A stretch of DNA of 64,000 nt from a virus (Duplodnaviria; Caudoviricetes), in the IMG/VR virus record IMGVR_UViG_2837734161_000001, positions 17,800-81,799 of that record; one strand, given 5' to 3'. Shown piece by piece: positions 49,595 through 60,493 of this stretch. Position numbers and translations under genes: made by a program. Under the pieces are notes generated by a model. The model worked only from the letters and a program-made list of their open reading frames with translations, did no database searches and was not told where the DNA came from. The number at the start of each line of letters is the position of its first letter. Within the stretch, counting starts at the first letter, position 1.

Positions 49595-49969
49595 GCAACT
49601 TCATTATACGAGGTCAGCCTTTGGATTCAATGATAAAGTGACAGATTGCTCAAAAGATGTTTTCGTCATGCCTTCTTTTTGAGAACCTCTGGATTGTCCT
49701 CTAAGAGCTGATCAAAAAAGAAGCTGAGTCCTGAAGAATAACATTATTATTCTTCATCCAGCTTCTTAACTTAACGGGTCAAATGCAAACGGCGGTACGT
49801 TGGACCCAGTGAACCGGAAATTTTGGACCCGGTCTTCCGGATCTATCGGTACCGCCTTTTTTTTGTGGCGAAGAAGCGTAAACTTCGAAGCGTCTCTTTT
49901 CTGACTAAGATGAAGCTGTACGGAAAGCAACGTGCAGCTTTTTCGTACGTCAAAGGAGGTGCTTTAAGC

Positions 49970-51556
49970 ATGGAAAAGTCAAAGTACATTGACATCGCAC
50001 GGTATCTATCTTCGGGATCATTCTCACAGCGGGATATTGCGGGAATGACCCACACATCAAAAAACAAGGTATCCATCATCAAGGAGGTGATGGAAAAGAA
50101 CAAATGGATACCGGAAGATCTTGATCAGTTTGATTCGAGTCAGCTTGATAAGATCTTCAGAAGAAGTGACATTCCTCAATCGGATGGACCAAAGCAGGTT
50201 CTCTATGTTGAGCCAGACTATGACCAGCTTTGTAAGGAGCTTCTCAAGCCTGGTGTCACTAAGAAACTCTTGTTTGATGAATATGCAGAGTCATGTGAAA
50301 GAGCCAATCTGCCCCATTTGCAGAAAACCCAGTTCCAGCTTCATCTTGAAGAACATTTGACCAAGAAATCTTATTCTGAGGTAATCAGGCATGAGCCTGG
50401 AAGAGAAATCGAAGTTGACTGGACCGGAGATCCAGCATACTGGAAAGATCCGTACACGGGAGAAATTCAGAAAGCGTGGCTGTTCGCTGCAATTCTGCCA
50501 TTCAGCGGCTATGCATACGCTGAAGTCTTCCCGGATATGAAGCTGCCAAACTGGATTAAAGCAAATGTGCATATGCTGGAATACTTTCATGGCAGTCCGC
50601 ATGTCATCATCTGTGACAACCTCAAGACTGGTGTTATCAGGCATCCAAAGAACGGTGATGTTATCTATCAGGCTGATTATGAAGCGTTTGCCAACTATTA
50701 CGGCATCATTCTTGAAGCTGCCAAGGTGCGGGCGCCACGATATAAAGCGCATGTAGAGAATGTCGTTGGCAAGTTTGAATCCGCCATCCTTGGTCGGCTG
50801 CGCAACATCCAGTGCTTCTCAATTGAGGAATACAACAAGTATGTTCGTAAGGAACTGGATGAATTCAATGCAAAGCCGTTTCAGAAGAAGGAAGGCAGCA
50901 GACTCAGCCTGTACACCGACTACGAAAAGGATCGGCTCTCTCCATTACCATCAATTCAATACGAATATTTCACCAGGAAAAAAGCAAAGATATATCCAAA
51001 TATCTGTTTCCAATACAACAAGAATTTTTACTCTGTTCCGTATCAGCACATTGGTGAAGAAGTTTGGCTCAGGATCTTCAGTGACCGTATTGAATGCTGG
51101 ACTATGAAAGGTGATTTTATCTGCACGCACAAGATTAAGGCTGGTATTGGCAAGTATGACATCTGGGACGAACACCGCCCGCCAAACAGTGCAAGCTTCG
51201 GCAAGTGGAACAGTAACAGATTCCTGAAATGGGCAAAGGAGATCGGTCCATACACTTATGAAGTCGTTGACCGCTTCTTCAGAAACGGCGGTGCAGAGCA
51301 GCGTTATTACAATACCGTACTTTCAATACTAAAACTGACAGACACATATCCTCGGCCAAGAGTAGAACATGCCTGTCAGATAGCACTGGACCATTACAAA
51401 AGACCAGTCTACAAGAATATTAAAGCGATTCTTTATGCCGGACAAGATATGGCTGTAATACAGCCTGATACAGGTGAAGTTGAATCAGATGGCACCCAGG
51501 AAAAGTCATTTGTCAGAGGAGCAGAGTATTATGCCAAGAAGAACAAGAAGAAATGA
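49970..51556 (+). CDS. istA: IS21 transposase IstA
   Basis: EVDWTG, CDNLKTGV, PRYKAHVEN, YSVPY; AGGAGG RBS. Confidence 0.93.
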   Translation: MEKSKYIDIARYLSSGSFSQRDIAGMTHTSKNKVSIIKEVMEKNKWIPEDLDQFDSSQLDKIFRRSDIPQSDGPKQVLYVEPDYDQLCKELLKPGVTKKLLFDEYAESCERANLPHLQKTQFQLHLEEHLTKKSYSEVIRHEPGREIEVDWTGDPAYWKDPYTGEIQKAWLFAAILPFSGYAYAEVFPDMKLPNWIKANVHMLEYFHGSPHVIICDNLKTGVIRHPKNGDVIYQADYEAFANYYGIILEAAKVRAPRYKAHVENVVGKFESAILGRLRNIQCFSIEEYNKYVRKELDEFNAKPFQKKEGSRLSLYTDYEKDRLSPLPSIQYEYFTRKKAKIYPNICFQYNKNFYSVPYQHIGEEVWLRIFSDRIECWTMKGDFICTHKIKAGIGKYDIWDEHRPPNSASFGKWNSNRFLKWAKEIGPYTYEVVDRFFRNGGAEQRYYNTVLSILKLTDTYPRPRVEHACQIALDHYKRPVYKNIKAILYAGQDMAVIQPDTGEVESDGTQEKSFVRGAEYYAKKNKKK

Positions 51557-51895
51557 AATCACGCCGAAAACCGTCAGTAAAGAAATAAGGCAGCTTGGCA
51601 TGAAAGAAATGGCTGATCTCTTTGACGCAATGGCAGAAAGCGGTGAACTGGCTGATCAATCGGCACTGCAGGTAGTTGACCAGCTCATCAGTTGTCAGCT
51701 GATTGGGAACGGCAATCGCACAGCAGACCGTTATAAGAAAGCAGCTAAACTGTTTTTCCCATCTGCAGATTTTAACAACCTTCTCTATCTGCCTCAGAGA
51801 CATTTGAATATTCCTCTGATCGATCAGCTGAAAACGTGTGAATTCATAGACAGTGAGCTGAACATCATGATTCAATCGGCAACAGGAGGCGGAAA
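51531..51895 (+). pseudogene. istB: istB 5' part, broken in Walker A
   Basis: Ends QSATGGG; continues at 55367 as KTFLACAYG. Confidence 0.9.
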
Positions 51896-52044
51896 TTATG
51901 CAAAGCAATTGATAATGTAAAGTAAATGCCGCAATCATCGGTGCTGATGCGGATAACTGCGGCAATTACTTTACATTATTTTCGTTTCCTTCTTTACCGG
52001 GCATACTTCTTCTATGGGAGTACCCATAGAAAGGAGTTCTCAAA

Positions 52045-53289
52045 ATGGAGAACAGATTGACAATTGAACAGTGCATATTTCAAATACTTGAGATCATGCG
52101 GCAGCGTAATTTCAGCAACGGAACTATCAACATCTATACTCATCATTACAATCAATTTAAGAAGTATTGCAGCAAACATAACTTCATTTATTTCAGTGAT
52201 CAGATCAGCTTGGAATTTTTAGCTGAGCACTATGGAATCTTTCTTCAATCGCTTGAAGTAAGTTCGTCCTATAACAGTTCAAAGCTTTGCCATCTGCGTG
52301 CGCAAAAAATGCTAAGTGTATACAGCTCCAGCCAGGTATTTGTTACGAGGTTTTCAAGATATCATTCCGAAATCACCGATGACTATTGGAAACCAATTTA
52401 TCAAGGATTCCTACAGGAACAGATAGACCATGGCATTCGAAAATCTACCATAAGGCACCGGGAACTAACAATTCGACTCATTATTGAATACTTTTGCGCG
52501 CACAGCATTCATGACTGCAATTTAATCACTCAGGAAATTGTTGAGAAGATCCTTGCATTATTTATTGATGAAGCACCAAAGTCTGTGACAGCGCGTTGTG
52601 GAGAAATGAGTTTTTTCTTTCGTTACTGTTTCAGCAACGGATATTCATCTGAGGATAAAAGCAGGTTCGTAAGGAAAGTCGCCGCACCTCATAGAGCAAA
52701 TCTGCCTATCAGCTGGAAGCTGGAAGATGTCAAAAAAATACTCGGCTCTGTTGACCGAGATAGTCCTGTTGGAAAAAGAGACTATGCAATTCTGATGCTT
52801 GCCTGCAAATACGGGCTGCGATCGGTAGATATCCGGAATCTGGAATTAGAGAATATCAATTGGGAAGCCAAAGAGATCATCATAAAACAACAAAAGACAA
52901 GCAATACCATTCATCTTCCGCTGTTGACTGACATTGGCTGGGCTCTTATTGATTATATTCGGCATAGCAGACCAGTCACAACAGATAATGCAGTTTTTAT
53001 TACTGCCAACGCCCCGTATAAGCGTTTGTCAGAATCCTCCGGGCTGAACACGATTTTCAGGAAATATCTGGCCCTATCTGGTGTTCCAATTCCGCGGGAA
53101 GGCTTCTGCGGAATGCATACTTTGCGGCATACTCTTGGCAGAGTTCTGCTTGAAAAGCAGGTTCCGCTGCCGCAGATCAGTCAGATTCTCGGACATACGA
53201 GTGTGAAATCCACCAGCATATACTTACAGATTGATATGAACGGTTTAAAAGCATGCATGATCAATCCGAACGAGGTGTCTGAATCATGA
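52045..53289 (+). CDS. ritA: Tyrosine recombinase RitA
   Basis: KRDYA..YGLR, HTLRH, LGH..TSIY. Confidence 0.9.
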   Translation: MENRLTIEQCIFQILEIMRQRNFSNGTINIYTHHYNQFKKYCSKHNFIYFSDQISLEFLAEHYGIFLQSLEVSSSYNSSKLCHLRAQKMLSVYSSSQVFVTRFSRYHSEITDDYWKPIYQGFLQEQIDHGIRKSTIRHRELTIRLIIEYFCAHSIHDCNLITQEIVEKILALFIDEAPKSVTARCGEMSFFFRYCFSNGYSSEDKSRFVRKVAAPHRANLPISWKLEDVKKILGSVDRDSPVGKRDYAILMLACKYGLRSVDIRNLELENINWEAKEIIIKQQKTSNTIHLPLLTDIGWALIDYIRHSRPVTTDNAVFITANAPYKRLSESSGLNTIFRKYLALSGVPIPREGFCGMHTLRHTLGRVLLEKQVPLPQISQILGHTSVKSTSIYLQIDMNGLKACMINPNEVSES

Positions 53290-54239
53290 AGTTCGAATAC
53301 AAAAGTGTCTTCGGCCCTTTCATGGAAGACTTGATTCAGGAAAAGCGAAAACTCGGCTACAAATACGAGACTGCAGAGCGCAGATATCATGAAATGGATG
53401 GATTCTTTTTCAGAGCTGGCATAAAGGATCCGGCTTTAACGAAAGAAGTTGTAAACCTTTATGTCACAAAAAGGCCAAATGAAACAAAGCAAACACGCAA
53501 TAATCGGGTCGGTGCCATTCGGGAATTAGCCAGTTATATGTCCAGAACAGGAAACGAAGCATATATTTGTCCGCCTCTGCCTGCAGGAAGCTACGCCAGA
53601 GAATATGTCCCGCACATTTTTACTGACCAAGAGCTTGCGTCTATATTTCAAGCTGCGGATAAAGAAGGGATCGAAAATGAGTGCAATCAGCGGTATGCCG
53701 TTATTTTCCGAGTTCTCTACAGCACAGGTATGCGTGTAAACGAATTGATGCATTTAAAATTCAAAGACATTAATTTTGAAGACGGCACCTTCTTTATCAG
53801 GCAGGCCAAGAACAATAAAGATCGGATGATACCTGTTCACCGGGTAACTTTAGATTATCTGCAGAATTATCAGAGAAAATATCGTTCAGGCATTTCAGAG
53901 GAAGAATATATCTTCACTAATAATAAAGGAAAAAGTCTTAGCGATGCGTCTGTATACCACCATTTCCGAAGATGCCTATGGAAAGCAGGAATACACCATG
54001 GCGGCAGAAGTAAAGGTCCAAGAATTCATGATTTTCGTCACACTTACTGTGTTCATTGTCTCCGCAACTGGGTCAAAGAAGGACAGGATATCAATGCGTT
54101 AATGCCATATCTTTGTGCTTACATGGGGCATTCAGATACACGGTGCACGGAATATTATCTGCGCCTGACAGCAGAACTGTATCCGGAGATAGTTGCAAAG
54201 TGTGAAAGATACTTTGAAGGCACCAAAAATGAAGAATAA
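53286..54239 (+). CDS. ritB: Tyrosine recombinase RitB
   Basis: TGMR, PRIHDFRHT, YMGH..TEYY. Confidence 0.9.
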   Translation: MKFEYKSVFGPFMEDLIQEKRKLGYKYETAERRYHEMDGFFFRAGIKDPALTKEVVNLYVTKRPNETKQTRNNRVGAIRELASYMSRTGNEAYICPPLPAGSYAREYVPHIFTDQELASIFQAADKEGIENECNQRYAVIFRVLYSTGMRVNELMHLKFKDINFEDGTFFIRQAKNNKDRMIPVHRVTLDYLQNYQRKYRSGISEEEYIFTNNKGKSLSDASVYHHFRRCLWKAGIHHGGRSKGPRIHDFRHTYCVHCLRNWVKEGQDINALMPYLCAYMGHSDTRCTEYYLRLTAELYPEIVAKCERYFEGTKNEE

Positions 54240-55254
54240 AGACTTTGATTACTACGTCACCAGTTTCTTTACAAAGTATCTGACGGGAGAAAGGAATCTA
54301 AGCACTAATACGATCAGTTCCTACAGGGATACCTTCAAGCTGCTGTTGATTTTCTTTCGAGATGAGATGAATCTTCCGCCAGAAAAAGTAACTCTGTCCG
54401 AACTGACAAGGAACAATATTCTGCATTTTCTTGACTGGCTGGAAGCAAGCAGAGGAATCAAGAAATCATCACGGAACATCAGATTATCAGCAATTCATTC
54501 CTTTATCAGATATGTGCAGGTAGAAGATATTGATCATTTTGAAGAATATCAGAAAATCCTTGCCATCAAGAATAAGAAGAGTACGTCAAGGGTTATCCCG
54601 TATCTAACAGTAGAAGAGGTAAAGGCAATTCTCGCTGCGCCTGATACAGAGACTGCAAGAGGTCGCAGAGATAAAGTTTTATTGACCGTAATGTATGACA
54701 CTGGTGCAAGGGTTAGCGAGATCTGCAGTTTGAAAGTTGATGATATCCGCTTGAATAGTCCGGAAACTGTCAGAATAACAGGCAAAGGGAATAAGACTCG
54801 CTTTGTGCCTATCATGGGAAATACAGCCGGAATTCTCCGGAAGTATATCGAAGAAAACAATCTGAATACTCTGAAATATTCAACAAAGGAATACCTCTTC
54901 TCAAATAATCAGAGTCATCAGCTTACTCGTGCAGGAGTAGCATATATTCTGAAAAAGTATGCAGCAATGGCAGAAGATAAATCCGGAGTTGCCTTCAGCA
55001 TTCAGACACATCCTCATATTCTCCGGCATTCCAAGGCAGTTCACATGCTTGAAGCTGGTGTTCCATTGATATATATTCGTGATTTTCTTGGACACGCCAG
55101 TGTAACAACTACTGAGATATATGCAAGAGTTTCCCAGCAAAGCAAAAGAAAAGCTCTAGAAAACGCATATGAGGAAATCACACCTGAAGACACAAATGAT
55201 TGGAATGATGATGCCGATTTAATGCGATGGCTTCAAAATCTCACAAAGAAATAA
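54229..55254 (+). CDS. ritC: Tyrosine recombinase RitC
   Basis: TGARVSE, GKGNK, HILRHSKA, LGH..TTEIY. Confidence 0.9.
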   Translation: MKNKDFDYYVTSFFTKYLTGERNLSTNTISSYRDTFKLLLIFFRDEMNLPPEKVTLSELTRNNILHFLDWLEASRGIKKSSRNIRLSAIHSFIRYVQVEDIDHFEEYQKILAIKNKKSTSRVIPYLTVEEVKAILAAPDTETARGRRDKVLLTVMYDTGARVSEICSLKVDDIRLNSPETVRITGKGNKTRFVPIMGNTAGILRKYIEENNLNTLKYSTKEYLFSNNQSHQLTRAGVAYILKKYAAMAEDKSGVAFSIQTHPHILRHSKAVHMLEAGVPLIYIRDFLGHASVTTTEIYARVSQQSKRKALENAYEEITPEDTNDWNDDADLMRWLQNLTKK

Positions 55255-55366
55255 TGTAAAGTAATTGCCGCAGTTATCCGCATCAGCACCGATGATTGCG
55301 GCATTTACTTTACATTATCAATTGCTTTGCATAATTTCCATAATGTAAAGCTTTACATTATGGAAA

Positions 55367-55820
55367 GACGTTCCTTGCCTGTGCTTATGGCAACGAAGCA
55401 TGTGAGCATGGGTATACAGTCAGATACTTCATCATGCCTGACCTTATGAGCACCTACCACAATCAGGAAAGCAAAGGTAAAGGAGAGAAATTCCTCAGGA
55501 AGCTGGTTAATACGAACCTGGTGATCATTGACGACTTTATGCTTACCAGGATAACCAGTGAAGATGCGGATTTCCTGTACCGACTGATCTCATCGAAACC
55601 CAGATCCAGTATTCATCGTTCTTTCCTGATCTGCTCACAGCTAATGCCTGAAGAAATGTATAACCGGCTTTCACAGGCAGGAGGCGCAATCGCAGATACG
55701 ATCATGAACCGTCTGACTGCCAAGGCATACACAATAACACTCGAAGGTGACAGCATGAGAAATATCGATATAGCTGCCGCCCTTGCACAGCAGCAAGCTT
55801 CACGAAGTAATACACAGTAA
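55367..55820 (+). pseudogene. istB: istB 3' part
   Basis: Walker B LVIIDDF, ADTIMNRL, GDSMR. Confidence 0.9.
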
Positions 55821-56010
55821 TCAAATGATCCCCTGTCCAATACCGACAAGGGATCACCCTTTTATGGCGGTACCATGACAACCGGTTCAGTGAGTCCATC
55901 AATTTCCGCACTGCCGGTACCATCTCATGCCGGATCTATGCGTCCAAAGTCCCGGCGTCTGCAGGTCAAAATCTCAATATCACTTTCATGAGCTTATCTT
56001 AATGACATTG

Positions 56011-58319
56011 GGTGTATCAGCTGTCTTTTGAATTCTATCAACTGGGCTAGCCTTACGATATTCACGAATATAGTCCAATCTTGCAGTCAACTCTGGAATA
56101 TTTGCATAATCTGATATTTTCTTTCCAACAAACCAGAAACAGAACCGCGAATAAGTTACATCGTTCAAAAACTCTCTGCTACCAATGAATGGATGAATTA
56201 CGTCTTCTAATATAGGATATTTTTCTATAAATTCCTGCCGTTCTTCTGTAGAAAGCATCAATCTACCATTATCAGCTGGAGGGCTTCCCTGTACAACCTT
56301 TGCTAAGCCTTTGTTAATCGATTTACTACGATTTTTAATAAAAACATCTGGCCCATCATTTAGGTATCCGTTGATATGCTTAACTTTCCGGCATTCATTA
56401 TCAACAAACAGGAGTTTTTCTTTCCGATCTTTTCTAGAAAAACCAATTATTACACACATCACGGCTGCTTGTTCTTTGGCTTCACTCGTCCACTTAAACG
56501 TTTGGTATGCAAAGTTGATTTTTATCCCGCCTGTTAACAATGGCTCCCAAAGCAGATTAACAGATTCTCCCTGACAGATAGAATTAGAAGATACAAATGC
56601 AACCTCTGTATCAGATCCATCAATAAAATCTGCGGCCTTTTTAAACCACCCGGCAACATAGTCAAGCTTTCCCCAACTCTTCGAAGGTGCAAACACGTTC
56701 TGAAGATCGGCTGCTTGTTGTTTTGAACGCATTGCCTGACCAACAAAAGGTGGATTTCCCATAATATATGAGACTTTGCCATTTGCTACGGTCTGTCTCC
56801 AATCAAGTCTTAATGCATTCCCTTCTGTAATATTCACATATGTTTTCAACGGCAAGAAATCTTGATTGAAGCCATAAAGAATATTCTTTGTTTCATCAAG
56901 CATCTGGCTTTCTGCAATCCATAAAGCTGTCTTTGCAACTGTTGCCGCAAAATCATTTATTTCGATGCCATAGAACTGCTGGATAGATACCTGAATCGGA
57001 TTATCAAATTCATCAGAAACCATAGCCATCTGCCCATGCGCCAATTCTCTAATCACCTGGTTTTCTAAACGGCGGAGGCTCAAATAAGATTCTGTAAGGA
57101 AATTTCCACTTCCACAGGCTGGATCCAAGAATGTCAGTGAAGATAGCTTTTTCTGGAAAGTCTTTAACTTAGCCTTCTTGCTTCTCGGAACAGAAATATT
57201 TTTAATTTCTTCAAATTCAGATTTAAGGTCATCAAGAAATAGTGGATCAATCACCTTATGAATATTCTCTATTGAAGTGTAATGCATACCCCCGGAGCGC
57301 CTGGTTTCCGGATTTAAAGTACTTTCAAAAACAGCTCCAAAGATAGTCGGACTAATATCTCGCCAGTTAAAATCTTCAGATGCATGGACTAAGATCAGAT
57401 TTCTGATCTCATCGTTAAACTGTGGCACCTCAATTGATTCATCAGAAAAAAGTCCACCATTCACATATGGGAATGCCTTTAGATCATCCTCCAGGTAATC
57501 ATCTCTATCTTCTTCCTTCTGATCTAGTACATGGAACAAATCTAGCAGCGCCCGTCTACTATCCCTTACAGAGAATTGTTCCATATAATCATGAAACTGT
57601 TCCCGTTCAAAGATACCCGCATCCTCAGCATAAAACAGGAATACGAGACGCACACATAATGCATTCAGACTGCGGAGTTTATGTTCTCGCTTTGCTTTAT
57701 CCTCAGCACTTTCGTCCTTTGGAGTGGTTTCTGGAATTCCATATTGCTTAAGAAAGGCATCATAGATTTTGCCTACAATGTCACCCGCTTTGATGGATAC
57801 CTCCATCTCATGAGAAAGCTGCTTAACATCCTTTTTCACAAGAAAATCGAGCAACGGATATTTATTCTGCAGATCAATGACAGAAATCTTCTGTGGAGTA
57901 GGCACAATTTCATTCATGTCATAAATCCAGAGCTCTTTAAAATTGCATGTAATAATCCAGCGGGCTTTTTCCTCATACGGAAGGTTATCGTTATATCTTT
58001 TCCCTTGCTCATATGGCGTAAGCCTTTCTCCACCTGACTGTGATTCTTTTTCATCAAGTGGATGCGTGTCACCTTTCTGCTCGATCAGAACCTTAACAGA
58101 TGGAATATATCCATCTATTCGGCGAGAATGTACTTTTCCATCCCCTTCTGGAAGTTTAACGGATTTTTCAAAATCAATGTAGTCAGTAACCTTATCTACA
58201 CCAAGAACATCGTGAAGAAGTTCCAACCAGAATTTATGGCTGTCCTTCATCTCATCTCCGCCATTTTTCCATTTATTTACAAATTGTCTAGCGGCTTCCC
58301 GCTGCTCTGCATCCGTCAT
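56011..58319 (-). pseudogene. 5' part of MmeI-like type IIL/IIG restriction-modification enzyme
   Basis: RIDGY..IEQK nuclease, GMHYTS, DPACGSGNFL, GNPPF; restored gene is 950 aa. Confidence 0.92.
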
Positions 58320-58551
58320 CCATAGTCTCCTTATTTTTCATGGAATTTGAATCTGGCACCGACTCCATGATCTGATTTATATTGCAATCCAGGGCTTCGC
58401 ATATCCTTAATAAGACATCTGTAGTAATATTTTCACCCTTACCAAGTTTCGCCATTGAGGCTGTGCTAATTCCGCTTTTTTCACGAAGCTGTCTCTTATT
58501 CATGCCCTTATCAATTAGTATTTTCCACAAAGGATTATAACTAATACGCAT
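58288..58551 (-). CDS. Cro/C1-type HTH regulator (possible R-M controller)
   Basis: ISYNPLWKILIDKGM..LAKLGKGEN-like HTH, ICEALDC. Confidence 0.85.
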   Translation of the reverse strand: MRISYNPLWKILIDKGMNKRQLREKSGISTASMAKLGKGENITTDVLLRICEALDCNINQIMESVPDSNSMKNKETMDDGCRAAGSR

Positions 58552-58566
58552 ATGTCACCTTTTTAA

Positions 58567-60276
58567 TTATGATTCTTCATTAGTATTATTGTTACGGTTA
58601 TTTTTCTTTTTTGCCCATGACCATCCGAACAACTCCCCTCCGTCTTGATGAAGTTCAATGACCTTAGTCTTTTGAATGATTTCTCCTGTAATCTGAGAGT
58701 AAGCATCCTTCTTATCAAAAGCGATAAATATTTGCTTAGGACTCTTTGCATACAGTTCCATAATTTCATCAATAGGAAGGTCTTCTACGTTCTTAAAAAT
58801 CAAAGAATCATGTGTAATAAACGGCAAATCTGTTATATGCAACATGGCCAAATCAAGCATAATCATTCCACGATAGTTAGCTCCAGTACCAGTATCCTCA
58901 GGAATATGGTAATAGTAGTCAGGCTTACCGGTTCTCGTGCTTGAAAATGAAATCGTTGGAGCATAATTCTCGCCATTGTATATATATTCATTAACGCTAT
59001 ACAGTTCTTGGTTCAGCTGTTCTTCAATCTTCTTAAGTTGCGCCTCTCTAGCTTCCTGAAGAGCTGTCAAAGCTTCCTTTGTTTCATCACGTACAATGTT
59101 CCATTTTTTACGTTCTGAATTAGCCCTTTCCAGCTCATCAATTTTCTTAGTTAGCTCGGCATGCTGTTGAAGAAACTTCTGGGATATATTCACCGGCACA
59201 CCCGTTGCCCGAAGTTCTTCTTCCGCAACCTTGATATCATTCTCCAAGGCTGAAATCATATCTTCGATGTTTTGTATATCTTCCTTCATCTCTGATGCCA
59301 GTATCTTCTGCATCTTTTGATGAAACTCATCAACCTGTAAGATTTTCCACTGATTTACGTTCGGGAAGAATTCCATCAAATCTTCTATGTCGTTCTCATC
59401 AAGGACATTTTCTCCACTCAGATTTTCACGAATAGCGTCCTGCTGAGTCCGAAGCATTGTTCTTTTTCGGCGCATAGTCTTCAGCCGGGCTTTTATTTCT
59501 GCCGCCTTGTCGATCTGTTCATTTTGCTGAGATGATAAGTCTGCATCTTCTTTATTTTGAAGATTCTGCAATTCAGTTTTCAGTTTATCTATTTCTTCCT
59601 CATTTTCCTTAATACCACGTTTTCCTGATGGTACATTTCCTGTTAGATGGTAATCTGAAGCAGCTTTATGTGCGTCTTTTTCCTTTTTCTTTTCGGTGTA
59701 AACAGCCTCATAATCCTCTATGAACTTGTAAACATGAAATAATTTCTCTAATGATTTAACTGCTGCGCTTCCACTTGTCTCATAATCATAAGAAAGTGGT
59801 CTAACTTCATTTGTATTACCACGAAGATAAATTCTTTGATAACGACCAACCACCTCCCGAAACGAATCTCCACTATTTTCCAAATGGTATTGTTCGTAAA
59901 GATGCTGTGTATATTCATCTAATGATATAGGATCCTTTATCGGCATATAATTTGAATCACAAACCAGTATCTCGTCTGGTCTTAAAGTGTTACGGCTGTA
60001 ATACTCCTCAATGCCATCGAACTTCATCGTAAATTTGATTGTATGATTTCCGACATGTTTTGGATCGTTAGCATTGCTAACTTTAGGATCCACATATGCA
60101 TTTCCGCCAAAACAAAAATCTATAATAAGGAGCAATGTAGACTTACCAATAGAATTATCAGCATGGTTTCCACCTACTATAGTATTTAAGCCATCGTGAA
60201 ATGTAATTGGACCTCGTGGCACCATATGGCCGTCAACCTTCATCTGAAATTTATCGCATTCAATTCTGTATAACAT
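58567..60276 (-). CDS. DUF2326 SMC-like ABC ATPase (Lamassu LmuB-like)
   Basis: NSIGKST Walker A, long coiled coil, DTGTG, FITHDS. Confidence 0.82.
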   Translation of the reverse strand: MLYRIECDKFQMKVDGHMVPRGPITFHDGLNTIVGGNHADNSIGKSTLLLIIDFCFGGNAYVDPKVSNANDPKHVGNHTIKFTMKFDGIEEYYSRNTLRPDEILVCDSNYMPIKDPISLDEYTQHLYEQYHLENSGDSFREVVGRYQRIYLRGNTNEVRPLSYDYETSGSAAVKSLEKLFHVYKFIEDYEAVYTEKKKEKDAHKAASDYHLTGNVPSGKRGIKENEEEIDKLKTELQNLQNKEDADLSSQQNEQIDKAAEIKARLKTMRRKRTMLRTQQDAIRENLSGENVLDENDIEDLMEFFPNVNQWKILQVDEFHQKMQKILASEMKEDIQNIEDMISALENDIKVAEEELRATGVPVNISQKFLQQHAELTKKIDELERANSERKKWNIVRDETKEALTALQEAREAQLKKIEEQLNQELYSVNEYIYNGENYAPTISFSSTRTGKPDYYYHIPEDTGTGANYRGMIMLDLAMLHITDLPFITHDSLIFKNVEDLPIDEIMELYAKSPKQIFIAFDKKDAYSQITGEIIQKTKVIELHQDGGELFGWSWAKKKNNRNNNTNEES

Positions 60277-60493
60277 AAATCAGCTGCCTCCGCACATCGT
60301 CATAATCAATTGCATCCAAGACGAAAAGGCAATCTAGTATTTCCAAAAATTCATCTGTGTCTCGAATGTCTTTTTTTACAGCACCATATAATTCTTTAAC
60401 TCCCATCGGCCTTTTCTTTAATTGCTTTAATATGACCGGTAGCTTGGATAATGTGCTTTCCTGATATGAAAATAATTTACTTGGTAGGAGCAT
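60260..60493 (-). CDS. ABC-three-component middle component (LmuC-like)
   Basis: 77 aa, LPSKLFSY..S, LDCLFVLDAI; overlaps both neighbours. Confidence 0.78.
   Translation of the reverse strand: MLLPSKLFSYQESTLSKLPVILKQLKKRPMGVKELYGAVKKDIRDTDEFLEILDCLFVLDAIDYDDVRRQLIYVIQN

Larger units (their letters stand above)
51891..55366 (+). mobile_element. RIT (recombinase-in-trio) element
   Basis: Three overlapping tyrosine recombinases; 91-bp perfect IR (51891-51981 / 55249-55339); GGAAA repeated at 51891-51895 and 55362-55366. Confidence 0.92.
49784..55963 (+). mobile_element. IS21-family element
   Basis: Ends TGCAAACGGCGG / CCGGCGTCTGCA; TSD GGTCAAA at 49777-49783 and 55964-55970. Confidence 0.92.
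48108..56010 (+). mobile_element. IS4-family element carrying nested IS21 and RIT
   Basis: Terminal IR CAATGTCATTAAG at both ends; TSD GGTGTATCAG at 48098-48107 and 56011-56020. Confidence 0.93.

Noticed and set aside
49761-49777. GCTTCTTAACTTAACGG as the IS4 right end
   Set aside because: Only a partial IR match; the full IR plus TSD is at 55998-56020
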